A stretch of DNA of 63,434 nucleotides, filler included. It is 16 parts of 16 records of this genome, joined end to end, with 100 filler letters (N's around TTAATTAATTAA, not from the genome) between each part and the next. Parts side by side here need not be neighbours in the genome. Positions count along the whole stretch, not along the records: positions 44,590 to 48,088 come from SRR15195285_19440; positions 48,189 to 53,034 come from SRR15195285_19451; positions 53,135 to 56,234 come from SRR15195285_19485; positions 56,335 to 59,633 come from SRR15195285_19710; 12 more parts are not named here. One strand, written 5' to 3'. How positions within the stretch are numbered: position 1 is the first letter of the stretch; every line of letters begins with the position of its first letter. Position numbers and translations under genes: made by a program. Positions 45,316 through 57,395 of this stretch are shown here, one piece after another. Below the pieces are notes generated by a model that worked only from the letters and a program-made list of their open reading frames with translations, was not told where the DNA came from and searched no databases.

Positions 45316-48088
45316 TCAGGGACCTTCTGCATCTGCGGCTCCTGGCAGCTGATCCTCCCCAAATTGGGCTGACATCCCGCTCTGGGAGTCATACCTTCGT
45401 AGCTTGCGTGGCTTCTGTTCCTCTGGCTCTGGCGCCGATGCTTGTGCCTCTGCGTCAGTGGTGCTAGGCGTCGCGGCCAGCATTGCGGTGGCGAACACAG
45501 CCCGCGCCTTGGACCAGTTTTGCCGAGCCGCCGCGCGCTGGTGTATGCGCTCCCGGGCGCCAGCGGCTCCTCGAACGGCAGCTTTTCCGATCAGCCCGAG
45601 CACAGCGGCCTTCAGAATCGGCACGTCATCCTCGAGCTCGCGGTGGTACTCGTTAGGCTTGCTGAGGTGGTTGCCGTCCGCTTCGGTGGTATCGGCAGCA
45701 TCGATCGATGGAGCAACAGGAACAACCTCAAAAGATTTGCTCGCAGGAGGAAAGGCCGCCACACCCTTCCAGCCACACCGCTTTGCGTCTTTCTTCAACG
45801 TGACCAGGTCATAGTTGTACACGACAGCCCATACGATAAACCTCGTGAATCCACCGATACGGTTCGATAAACGTTGTTCAGAATCCTCCAGATAGAGCTC
45901 GATCGCACTTTCAAACTCATCCTTTGTGAGGGACACAAAAGGCGTTGAAATGTGCACGATGTCGTTGACCTTCTCGAGAGTCAGGATGAGAACCTCAGAT
46001 GCCTTCTGATATTCGTTTGCGCCCACGGCTTTCTCCCACACAGCCTCCAGAGGGCCGGCAACCTCGGGGGGTACGACGTTTAAGTTGCCATCTTGCTGTG
46101 CGTGCCAGTTGATCCACCGCGTTCGTGCAGCAGCAAAGAGCGCAGAGCGGTAGCACTTGTACAGCCCGCCGCAAGCAAAGCTCACCACCAGCCAGACGAC
46201 TAGGATCACGACAAAAGTGGGCCACGTGTGCACGCATTTGCCGTCACCAACCGCACAGTCATTTGTCTCTGTCGGGCATGGCTGCCCTCCACCAAGCGCG
46301 GGTTGCACTACGGTGAACGATCGCTCGTCATACAGCTCACACGCGCTCGTACACTCAGACCATTCTCCCATGCAGTCGAACTTGACACAGTTCCCGTCGC
46401 CACTGACACAGCTGTCAGCTGCAGTTGAACACGGGATTCCACTGCCACTCTGCGGGGAGACCTCTAGCCACGCGCGATCGGATGCACTCTCGCACTGCGC
46501 AGAGCACTCACCCCAAGTCCCGGAACAGTCGCTGTGAGCGACCACATCACTCAGCGCGCTTGCGAACACTCCAGCTAGAAGCACCGGTTGGTCAAATGCC
46601 TGTCTCAGTGCCTCCGGAGTGATGGGCTGATCTTCTCCCGCAGCTTCGGGCAGCAACACGATGTCAACCACGACACTCCCTGCTGCGATTACTGCGACGA
46701 CCACCTGTTCGTTGCTGATGCCGAGTGCCACGGCCAGATCTGTCCTGAAGCTCGTTTCAAACGATGATCGATCGCTGATGTCATCCATCGCGAGTGGCAG
46801 AGTCACTACCGCACTTATTGAGTTAGGTGGTGTGACAGAGAGACAGTGCTCCCCGCTGAAGCCGACTGCACAGCTACACGTATATGCCACAACCTGGTCT
46901 ACACACGCGCCACCGTTATTGCTACACGGCTGGCTTGCGCACTCATCGATGTTTACCTCGCACTCGTTGCCACTGAATCCCACCACACAGGCGCACTCAT
47001 ACAGACCGAGTTGATCAGTGCACGTAGCTCCATTCTCGCACGGCTGACTGGCACACTCGTCAATGTCTCCGTCGCAATTTGTGCCGCTGTAGCCAGAAAC
47101 GCAGGCGCACGTGTAGATGTTCGGGCTTTGGGCTGGAGCTGAACAGTCCCCATCGTTTTCGCAAGGAGCGCTTGCGCATTCATCCGTATCTACTTCGCAA
47201 TTCACTCCAGTGAAGCCGTCGATGCAGGTACAGGAATAATCGTTGACACCGTCCACACACGCTGCGCCGTTCTCACAACCACGAGACCAGAACCGACAGC
47301 GCGTCACAGAAGGTGGGCAGTTGATCCCAGTAGAGCCGTCGTTTTCGCAACATTCGCCAGTTGCCGCGTCACAGCAGCAGTCTTCCTCATCGAACGCGCA
47401 TCCTGTATCGCACTCGCCGTCGCCGTTCCATGCCCCAGCCTCGTTCCAGACTCCATCGGCAACTACTCGCTGCGCAGGACACAGCGGCATCGCTAGTGGC
47501 ATTGCTGTGCCGGGACAATCATCGATATTAGTAGCGCAGTTCGTGCCAGAGAACCCAGATAGGCAGGTGCACACATAATCGTCGACTGCGTCTGAGCACT
47601 CGGCGCCGTTTTCACACGGGAGAGAAGCGCACTCGTCTATGCACACGTCGTCTGCGACAATGCACTCGTACGCGCATGGGCAGCTCGCGCCGTCGCCTGT
47701 GCGAGGAACGCTCTCTGTCCACACGCGCTTTTCAGCATTTGTGCACGCACCGCGACATTCAGATATCGACCCTGCATCCCACGTCCGGCCAACCATGGCC
47801 TCGCACGTCGGGCTGCATTGCGAGAAAGACCCCTGGCAATCGTGGTCGCCCTCGAGGCCCCAGGGCCCGAAACGAAAAGTGTACATGAACGCGAGGGTCG
47901 CTAGTGTGCAAGGACACAGCGCAAAGATATACATCACAGGACGATCTTCATCGTTGCCAGCCCCGACGCACGAACAAGCGCCAACAATGAACACAAGTAT
48001 GCCGAATCCTCCCGACACTGAATGATACCATTTCCGCTTTGCGCGCGAAATCTCATCGGTGCATGTGAAGTGCTCGTCGTTCTCTTCG
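45316..48088 (-). CDS. Membrane protein with Ca-binding EGF repeats, TSP1/spondin-like repeats and an LNR-like motif; 5' truncated
   Basis: Five DEC.S.PC.NG..C.D....Y.C.C..GFSG..C-type repeats; DC.G.W.EC...C modules; transmembrane FVVILVVWLVVSFACGGL; further hydrophobic segments at the N-terminus. Confidence 0.85.
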
Positions 48089-48220
48089 NNNNNNNNNNNN
48101 NNNNNNNNNNNNNNNNNNNNNNNNNNNNNNNNTTAATTAATTAANNNNNNNNNNNNNNNNNNNNNNNNNNNNNNNNNNNNNNNNNNNNAGGCGAGAAAAT
48201 GTACAGTCAAGTTGCCACTG

Positions 48221-50843
48221 TCATTCTGAGAAACCAAAACTCATTTTCAAAATCTTGCTGAGCTCTGCCACCAGCGGAGTCTCAACCCTGGGCCTCCAGA
48301 AGCTCAAACCACCATTCGCGAGGTTAACGTTCTCAAATGAATCGAAATCGCTCTGAGATGGCTTCAGCTTAGTGGTGTGATTGTAGAGCTCGATGGCACG
48401 GATATCTGTCCAAATCGGAGCCAAAGCGCTGCCATTCCATTGTGGCCACATCGTAAAACGATAGCTGCAACCATCAGTATGATCAATCCGCATCGAGTAG
48501 CCCTGCATGCGCACATGCCAGTGATCAAACAAGCTGATCCATGCACAAATCCACCAAAAAAATTGCGCGAAGGCTAAGAAAGACATTTCTTCCGCGGATT
48601 GTCGCTCGCACCATCCAACCAAAGTCGGCGGCCTCTGTGCTGTGAATGCAGCTATTCATGGACCAATCCTCCCGCTGATTGACTTCTCGTGGGCAGCGTG
48701 GATACTGCGTAAGACCGACGACTTTGGACCACCCCGATCCCGTCGGGTCCTGTAGCAACGGCACCATGGACGTTCCCTCGACTGAATACGTGTCGTCACG
48801 TGGAAGTGGGACATCCATCAAATCACAGAGCGTTACGTATACGTCTACTAGTTCGACGATGGATGCTGTTCGCTTGCCCAGAGACGCTGTCAACCAGGGC
48901 ACGCGCATAATGAGAGGTACGTGCGCTGCGTTCTCCCAAAGTGTGCGCTTCTCCCTGGAGACACACGACACACGACACACGACACAAGAGGAGTGGATCA
49001 GTCATGCCCACCGTGCTACGGTGAAGGCGTGTGGGTCGCGCAACTCACCACATGTTATACTCGCCTAAGTGCTGCGCAAGGGCATAGCAAACGAAGCAAG
49101 ATGGTCAACCAATACTGTACTACTCATGGCCATAAGAACCTTGAATTGTTGGAACAAGACACTATGATTCTTACCCAGCCATGATCGCTGTGCACGACCA
49201 CTGCGGTATCTTGCGCGAGCTTCAAACGATCGAGCGCATGCAGCACCAGGCCGGCGCAATAGTCTGCCCACGAGACCTGTCCAAAGACAATTCATTCAAG
49301 GTAGGTGTGCGATTGCACCTGGTGAGTGAGTGCCTGCCGGATGAATTAGTCGATACTGACAGCACGTGCACGCATTGTATCGCACTTACGGCTGCATAGT
49401 AGGCCCCACGGTAAGTCTGGATCTCTTCGGCTGTGTTCGTTAGATTATGAGGGTCGACACCTCCGAGATTCGCGAAGGTAGTCCATGCAATAGGATCAAT
49501 CGACTCATCCAGCGTGAGCTGTTTCGGCATCGCCACCTCCGCTGGTGGGTACATATCGTAATATCCAGCCGGGGCGCGGAACGTGAGATGCGGTCGTCGA
49601 ATTCCAACCGCCAGGAAGAATGGCTTTGACTGTGTGGCGGCGAACTCTAGCTTCTGAATAGCATCGTCCGCTGCGATTCGATCGCAAAATGGTGTCGTGT
49701 TGCCTGCATTAGCCGCGGCGCGAGTTACTTGGCCCGAAAGCGGCACGTTCGCGGCTGCACAATACTCAACACCTTTGCCTCTGCAGCCGTCCATCGCATC
49801 AACGTACCCAAACCCTCCCGTGTAGTCAGAGTTTGATGCTGAGACACCACCAGTGTAGGCGCATCCCTCGAGAATCTGATTGAAGCGTCCGTACTCTTGC
49901 TGCATCGCGGAGTAGTTGCGGTTCTGCACGGAGACATTTGACCAGGACGGTGGATCGGCGAGCGGTGGAAGCCCAGTCCCACGCGGATAGCGTGGGTCAC
50001 CAGGAACACCGAGCCCCTTGTTTACATCGTGAAAATACTTGCCCACCCCCATGACGAGGTAGTTCCCGTTGTCCTTGAAATTCATCGGCAGCGGCGTCCA
50101 GGTCGGCATGGCCCCTCGCTGGCCTGACAGGCAAGGCGTTCCTGAAGGATGGGTGGCTTGATCGGGGCAGCCATCTGGGTCAGAGCCGGTGATGGTCGAG
50201 AACAGCGTGCACGTTGCACCGACCATAGACCACCCAGCACAGCCGTCGATGCTGGAGCAGTCAGTGCAGCACTGGCCACTGCTGCCCGTCATCCCCACGT
50301 TGCCGTCCGAGGCGTTGAAGCTCACACCATTCGGCCGGCGGGTTTTCCCTGCGAGTGGCGTGCCAGTGAAGACAACTCTGTTTTCAAACACACACTCCGC
50401 CTGTCGGAAATGGCGGAGGAAGTTCCATGCCTTGGTCGTTCCTGGGCGCCGACCTGTGGTGAAGCTCATTCTAGACGGCGCGCACACCGTCTGCTGGCAG
50501 TACGCGCGCTCGAAAACCAGCCCACCATCTGCCAGCGCCTGCAGGTGCGGTGTCCGCATTGCTGGCGCACCCTCCGTATACATCGAGAGGTCTGGCCGCA
50601 GGTCGTCGAACACGATGTACCTGCTCCCCGGTGAATTAGAGCACCTTGAGCAGCGGTCATTACACACTATATACAGTATCCCAATGCAAACTGAGCAATT
50701 TGCAGGAGGTGGACAGTTCAGCGGAGTAGGCACAGCACATTTCTTCGCGTGGAGCTCGCCCCTTCACATGCATATTCAAATGGCAGCAGCGAGAGGAGGA
50801 GCCACACCCTGCCGGGCGACGATGCTAGTAGCGCCGGGGACAT
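48221..50843 (-). CDS. Type I sulfatase (iduronate-2-sulfatase-like) with an inserted PAN/apple-like domain, multi-exon; start uncertain
   Basis: Spliced RRNVLYIVFDDLRP, CAPSR (CxPxR formylglycine motif), GVGKYFH, PFFLAVGIRRPH, YYAAV, HVPLIMRVP, ELVDVY.TL and GYSMR. Confidence 0.9.
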
Positions 50844-51305
50844 ATGGTCTATCTCGAGGTGGTGGGGCGCCACCCGGGCCTGGACTGGACCACCCGCCTA
50901 CGGAAACGGGCGCCCAGGGGACCTGAGACGGCTACCTTAATCACCGCGGGGTAACCCGCGCAAAGCTCGGCTGTAACGCTTGCCAAAGGCCATGCCAGCG
51001 ACAGCGTCGAGCCGCCGCGGCGCAACCTGCGACTACCTCCAGCCAGGTAGTATACTAATAGTCATGCGCGCGCACGCGCATGCAGGTTAGTTCCTTAGTC
51101 TATGAAGGAACCGAGCATTTTCGCGAGGCGCCCGCGCGCGCGGCCCGCGGCCGCGCGCGGCTTCGGGCTTGCATGGATGCATGGTTCATTGCATGGTGCA
51201 TGCCGCCGCCGCGCGTGCGGCCGCATCGCAGCCTCGCGCGGACGAGCCAAATTGCACGCTATTCCCTCGCTGTGCGCTGCAGCTGGTGACAGGCGAGTGA
51301 ACTAC

Positions 51306-52899
51306 ATGGTATCGATGTCAACGGTCGGGGACGACGATCCCGCGCCGTGGGCGGCTCCAGCAGTGCGGCGCCCGGCGAGGCTACCGCCGATGGACGCCGA
51401 TACCTACGAGCTGATCCTCGCTTGGCGCAACACCAGCATCAGTCATATGGACCTAGACCAAGTCAGCCCGAACACGCAACAAAAGCACCGGAGCGATCCG
51501 CGGGGGACGTTCGCCCGTGCGGGCACACAGCATACCCCGGCAGAACAAAAGCTTCGCGAGGATTTCGCGAAAAACAAGATGCGGTGGGTTGGTGAGTTCT
51601 GGGCGGACCTATGGTACTTCACGAAGAACACGAATCCGTTCGTCGCGTTATGCTTCTCTCACCCGCTGCATCCGGTCGGTCGGACTGAACGATACGTAAT
51701 CACCCTATTCCAGGCCCTCTTTGTAATGATCGTATCCTGCGGGCTGGGCGAAGCTCAGGAATGTCTCAGCTGTGGCATTGTGAACTGCGATGTGCGGAAC
51801 GACACCTGCCATCAGTCGTACCCGGAGTATGAGCGCTACCAGTTCGTTCGAGACCGCGTGGCAGAGCGAGGTGACGAGCTTGAGTCTCCTCCGCTCAATT
51901 GGTGCTGCAGTGCCTCGGCATGGGGTATGGTGTGGGCTGCTACGCACGTCACCATTCAGGACTACCAGATTGGGCTACCTATCTACGCACTTGTTGCCAA
52001 TGTGATATTCGGGCAGGTTTGCTTCTGTTTCGCGATGTGTGCTTGCTGTCAGGCAAAACCTATGCAGACCCGGAACCGCTGGGAACGATGTGGTCAGGTT
52101 ACGGTCTTACTGGTCGGAGTCGTCCTTGGGATCTGGTGTCCGTGGTTTCTCTCATACGTCGCGTGCGTGCCCAACACTGCTACCTTTGTTCACACGATAC
52201 AGGCACATCGCTGCCTTTTGCCGCGAAGGAACACTGCCGCCATAGCATTCTCATCTTAGCCAGTTGCACATTTATGATTTTGATGTATACGCGGCCATAG
52301 ATACAACGGCATGTTGGGAGAGGTACTCACTACGTTCTGTACGGCAAAGCTTACAAACGCAGCCGGAACAACTGCTTTTCAAACATTCCTGTTCTGCGTA
52401 ATCTGGAGGCTTCAGAAAGATACAACAGGTTTTCACGTCAGCGCGGAGGACTACGAGCAGTGAGATGCCCATGTGTCACCACTGCCCAAAATTAATCTTG
52501 GTTTTCGCTAGAATAGATAAGTCCAACGTCTCGATGTGCAGATATATCCTGGAAGTGCATACTGAAAGAGCTGCTAGCAAGCCTACGCTGCCGACGCTTC
52601 TTTCCGGAGCACCAGATCCAACGACGCAGTACGATGGTGGTTCCGAGACCGATTTCAAGCTCGAATCTGAGCCTGTGTCTCCGATTGGTGCTGACGTTGA
52701 CCTTGGATTGGAGACACACTCTGTGGGGAGCCCAGAAGTAGAGGAAGATCCCGCTGTGCAGTTGGACCAGGTACCGCAGGATGAACCGGGCGTAGTGGTT
52801 GCGGTAGAAGAGGTGGAGTTGTCGGAGGTGAGTGAGGTGAGTGAGGAGGGGATAGGAAGCGATCGTCGCAGTATCGCACTGGAACCGTTGATGCCGTAA
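51306..52899 (+). CDS. Hypothetical multi-pass membrane protein, multi-exon
   Basis: Several hydrophobic helices, a HPLHP...ERY motif and an acidic C-terminal exon. Confidence 0.6.
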
Positions 52900-53671
52900 T
52901 TAGAAAGCGGCAACGACGTTGAATTGACTTAATATCGATATAGCAATGCATTAAATTAATTGTCATACTATCATCGGCATACTTCAGCGTGCGCAAGCAT
53001 CAAGCTCAGCAGCAACAGCAGCAGCAGCAGCAGCNNNNNNNNNNNNNNNNNNNNNNNNNNNNNNNNNNNNNNNNNNNNTTAATTAATTAANNNNNNNNNN
53101 NNNNNNNNNNNNNNNNNNNNNNNNNNNNNNNNNNGGAGGGCAGCTCCACCGCTGGCAGCGACGAGACCACGCCCTACACACCAGTCAGTTGTATGGGCGC
53201 CAGTCAGTTGTATGGGAGCTGAACAGCGGCGACCACCGTATCGGGACCGGTCGGATCGCGCTCTCTAGATAAACTCGTACTTATTGCTGTATAATTGTTC
53301 GTGAGTAGTTCGATGCTGTACTGCATGGTACCGTACATTGCAACATGCATGCAAATTTGCAGTTGCCGCTCCGTGCGTCCCGCGTCCGTTCACAATGCTT
53401 GAACTTGCAACTGCACACGTGCGTGCGCGGCACGTAGGCGACAACCGCGGCGACGCATGCGGAGCGACGCACGAGCAACGGGAAGCCCCAAATAATCATA
53501 TTGGACAAAGACCGAATTGCTACCTTCAGGTATGCATGCACTCATCGATTCATGGTTATTAACTTGGGGCACCCACAAGCACACTAAGTTGTGCTTGTGC
53601 GCCCTAAGCTGCGTTAAATCAGTGCTCTACCTCCCGCGCACCTGCATGGCTTTACCACATGCGTCTTCCGC

Positions 53672-55135
53672 TCATGCGAAATCTGCGTTCCAGCCATCAC
53701 GCCCGCCAAGGAAGGCCTGTGTGAAGTCACAGCAGTCTGCTCGACCACCCACAGGCTGTGCGTGCTCGAAGTCGATGATCCACGCTGCTTGCCCAGCTTC
53801 ATCCACCATCACATTGAAACCTGTCAAGCCCGGGAAGTCCAGCCCAGCAACATCTACCATATGTGCAACTATCACCCGCACCTTCGCGTAGACGTGCGCT
53901 GGCACATGCTCGCTCTCGATCAAGAACCGTTGTTGATGTGTGAGACTGTCGTCTAGGAGCCGTGGGTCAGCAGGGTCCGTCCAGAAGTTCCAAGCCGTGA
54001 TTCCGGGCAAACACTGCATCGTCAGTCGACTTGGCGTGTGGCTATACGATGCTGGATCAGAGCCTGTTCCGCCAGAGCTGGCAGGCACCCACTCGATGAT
54101 TCTAGGACACGGAACGTTGCTGTCAAGCGCCAGCCGATGCATGTTTACCTCATGTTGTGCCACGTCAAATTTTACCCACGGTTGCAGCTGCTCTGTCGGC
54201 TCCTGCTTTCTTCGTCCTCTGACCCCTTGTATGTCACTAGCCAAGCCCATGCTGGGCTGCAGCAGCTCAGGCTTCGCCCCGTGATGCGGGTTCTCTCTGT
54301 CATAACTACGCAGCACGATTGCATCGTCCAGCGGTGGGCTCTGGTGGCAATCGGTGGAGCTGTCATCTCGATAGCCATTTGTCACGAGATCCGGCTCGTG
54401 CATATCGCCAGCAACCGTTGATTGCAGCTGCGGTTCGTCTGATGGGGGAGTAGCCGGCAACTGATCCCCGTCCTCCTCATCTTCCGAAGAAAGATCTCCT
54501 AGTTCTCGCCTGAACGCCTTGAGGCCGAGTGTAGCTCCGCCTGCCTGGCGTAGGATATCATCAAAGTCAAGGTCACTGAGGTTCTTTTCTCCAACGGCAC
54601 CACCGACCACGCGGCGCATCACATCTATCATTGCCTCGACCTCGTCAGATGGGAACTTAGACCGCAACAGCTCGAGGTATATCAGCTGCTGGGGCAGCGC
54701 GATCGCGCTGTCCGTCGGCCGACTCTGGCCTTCCCTTTGAGGCTCAGACTGCGGCTCGGGCGGCTCAGGGTCGGGCGGCGGTTCAGAGCCCAGCACCAAC
54801 TCAGGCTCAGTACCCAGCTGCAGCCGCGACTCTGGCTTCGGCGAGTCCGGTGCAAGCTGTGGGTGCTGCTCCCGCTGATGCTGACCACTTGCAGGCTCGA
54901 ACGTGGGCTGATCGCGCGCATCTGACATGGCAGATGATTTTGCAATACCTTCTGCAGCGTGTCTGGCTGCAATACGTTCTGCGGTTGTTTTGGCTGCAGA
55001 GTCCCCTTGCTCCCCCCACCGCTGGAGAGTCTCAAGCGTCAAAGTGCGGGGCATCCGCACTGCAGGTGGGGTCGACGCTTCAACGGGCGACGGTGCTTTC
55101 GATTCCTCAGCGTCACCGACTAACGCTGCGTGCAC
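53672..55135 (-). CDS. Protein with a C-terminal atypical kinase-like (pseudokinase) domain; start uncertain
   Basis: HEVNMH, VPCPRII, LTMQCLPG, FPGLTGFNVMVD and WIIDFEHA; disordered EPEP-rich N-terminus. Confidence 0.6.
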   Translation of the reverse strand: MHAALVGDAEESKAPSPVEASTPPAVRMPRTLTLETLQRWGEQGDSAAKTTAERIAARHAAEGIAKSSAMSDARDQPTFEPASGQHQREQHPQLAPDSPKPESRLQLGTEPELVLGSEPPPDPEPPEPQSEPQREGQSRPTDSAIALPQQLIYLELLRSKFPSDEVEAMIDVMRRVVGGAVGEKNLSDLDFDDILRQAGGATLGLKAFRRELGDLSSEDEEDGDQLPATPPSDEPQLQSTVAGDMHEPDLVTNGYRDDSSTDCHQSPPLDDAIVLRSYDRENPHHGAKPELLQPSMGLASDIQGVRGRRKQEPTEQLQPWVKFDVAQHEVNMHRLALDSNVPCPRIIEWVPASSGGTGSDPASYSHTPSRLTMQCLPGITAWNFWTDPADPRLLDDSLTHQQRFLIESEHVPAHVYAKVRVIVAHMVDVAGLDFPGLTGFNVMVDEAGQAAWIIDFEHAQPVGGRADCCDFTQAFLGGRDGWNADFA

Positions 55136-55725
55136 ACGGCCAACTTGGCTCGGTTGCAGAAACTCGGGCGGGAGAGAAAGTGACTCGCTTGTGGTGCGCT
55201 CGTGCTTGTCCTACTAGTATTGTTGTTCGCCACTCGGTGCCATGATGGTATCGATGCGTGCGTGCGTGGCGATCGCGCGCGCGCCGCCGCGCCGCGCCGG
55301 TCAGTCCCCTCGTCACGCGCATGGCGCGGGCAAGCGCAATTTTTGAGGGCATGACGCACATTAACATATATGATTAAATATATGGTGCCTTGCTCAGTGG
55401 CTACTGCGATCAATGAGTCGACCTTCAATCAGATTGTGTCAAAATTCTGAGCGCAAAGTAAAAAAATCAAACAATGCTGAGGCTTCCACGCAAGCGCAAA
55501 CAGGAGATCGCTCACAGCGTTCAAGTGCTGGGTGATTGTGTCTCTGCGTGTATGTAGGTTAGCTAAGGCACCTGAAAGAAACCCGGCGAGTAGAAGCGCG
55601 AAAGTAGGCCGTAGGTCGGTATGGATGTACAGGGTAGTAATAGACTGTACGAATGTACAGGGTAGTAGTGTGAAGGTAGTGTAGCTACATGCTATGCAGA
55701 ATGATATATTGCCACTTTGCGTGCG

Positions 55726-55798
55726 TTGTGACACCCTACCTCCACACTACGGACAGTTAGGACTAACCTGTCCATAGTATGAAGGTAGGGTGTCACAA
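55726..55798. repeat. 73-nt near-perfect inverted repeat (foldback)
   Basis: TTGTGACACCCTACCT...AGGTAGGGTGTCACAA; arms of about 35 nt with 3 substitutions and one 1-nt bulge. Confidence 0.93.
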
Positions 55799-55883
55799 AG
55801 CGTGTGGACGCTGCACAACAAGACGTGGTGTCGCAAAACAATGCAGATCATTGCGAATCTGAATCTTGCTTCTAGCAACTCCA

Positions 55884-56234
55884 TTAACGAGGCGAACCTG
55901 GCAACAACACCCCCGCGAACGCTTCGACCTGACGCGGAGTACTCATTTCATCCCAGTCGGTGCTTGCAGTGCTCGCCCTAGAGCGTTGTGGCGTACTCAG
56001 CCCCCTTGCTTCGGCCTCCATGCTTGCGAGAGCTGTTTCAACAGCATGCATATCGTCACTCATCGTTTTGTGTTTTGCGTTTAGCGCAGAGCGGACGCTG
56101 GCGTGAGAACTTCCGGCAATGGCCTCCTGCATCGAGGCTAAGCCGTATGCAGTAATCTCAGCTGCAATTAGCAATGCTGGGAAAAGCTCTGCCCGAGCTT
56201 CCTCATTGATGTGGTCATCTTCAATCCTCGCGCC
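55884..56234 (-). CDS. 3' fragment of a hypothetical protein
   Basis: Open frame from the contig end to the stop at 55884 (EEARAELFPALLIAAEITAYGL...). Confidence 0.45.
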   Translation of the reverse strand, partial: GARIEDDHINEEARAELFPALLIAAEITAYGLASMQEAIAGSSHASVRSALNAKHKTMSDDMHAVETALASMEAEARGLSTPQRSRASTASTDWDEMSTPRQVEAFAGVLLPGSPR

Positions 56235-56783
56235 NNNNNNNNNNNNNNNNNNNNNNNNNNNNNNNNNNNNNNNNNNNNTTAATTAATTAANNNNNNNNNN
56301 NNNNNNNNNNNNNNNNNNNNNNNNNNNNNNNNNNACATATAGATTTGCTATTAGGGTCTTTATAACACTAGCAATGCACAGCGGCGCGAGCGAGGTGTGA
56401 GCAGCGGCCTCAGAAGACGGGAAGTTTCCTCGTGCTACGCCTGGCTGCGCGCCCATCCGATCGGCCTAACTTAGACCCGTCTCCAGATTCCTGCCAGTGC
56501 ATCCATCATGTGGGCAGGCCACAGCATTCTGGCAGAGGAGTGGCGTGTACAGGCGAAGGGCCTATACGCGTGTCTTAGCGCCATGCATTGATCACCCTGA
56601 GGGCGCGTGATACAACGGCGCGATTGGTCTGAAGAAATAGACGGGAGCCTGAAGAAACAACGCCCTACATGTACACGTACGTGACCCGACAGGTACACGC
56701 AAATAGCAGTGCACACGTGTACGCAATTTGATACGATTCGATTCACTGGAGTTCAACCCGCAGGCTGGCGTGGGACAGAAATT

Positions 56784-57198
56784 TCACTGCAGCCGGGTGT
56801 CGTTGCAGTGGGAAATGCACCGCTCTGCACAGCGCAAAACTGTCCTTGCAAGCAATGCGCTGCGCGCACGCCCGTCACAGCTCACCTGCGCGGGCAGCCG
56901 TGGCTGTTGGGGCAACGCCACTGCTGGGTGCCGCCCACCGATGCTCCAGTTGCAATCTCGCGACTACTTCGCGCATAGCACGCATTTCCGCCGACTGAGC
57001 TGCCAGCTGCTGCGTCAGTGCTGCCAAGTTTTCGTTCACTGCGTGTGCTGTCAGTCCTGAAGCTTGCGAGTCTGTGCCTCCACTACATCCTTCCACGATT
57101 GCCGGTGCTTGTCGGTACCATGACAGCACCAGTACCATCGCGAACAGCACCACGAATCCGAGCACAGCAAAGAGTGTCAATCCCTGAACGCCAGCCAT
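56784..57198 (-). CDS. Small single-pass membrane coiled-coil protein
   Basis: N-terminal transmembrane LTLFAVLGFVVLFAMVLVLSW followed by a coiled coil; probable short 3' intron. Confidence 0.45.
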
Positions 57199-57395
57199 CG
57201 TACGGTGTCAATGTTAGCAGCATTCCACAAATCTGCGTGTTCACTTGCAGTGCCAACATACCGTAACAAGCTTGGGCTTCACCTCCTCTGCAATGATATC
57301 GCGCACCTGCGTGGTATCAACATGCCGACAGTGCCGTGTCAACATCGAACACGAACTGCTTCCTTGCATACAGACCAACAACCAGACAAGCAGGG

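Noticed and set aside
28906-53034. A polysaccharide-utilisation-locus-like gene cluster
   Set aside because: The hydrolases lie on separate contigs joined by spacers, so adjacency carries no information.
55726-55798. SECIS element or tRNA
   Set aside because: No AUGA/GA kink-turn quartet or cloverleaf; it is a simple long foldback.
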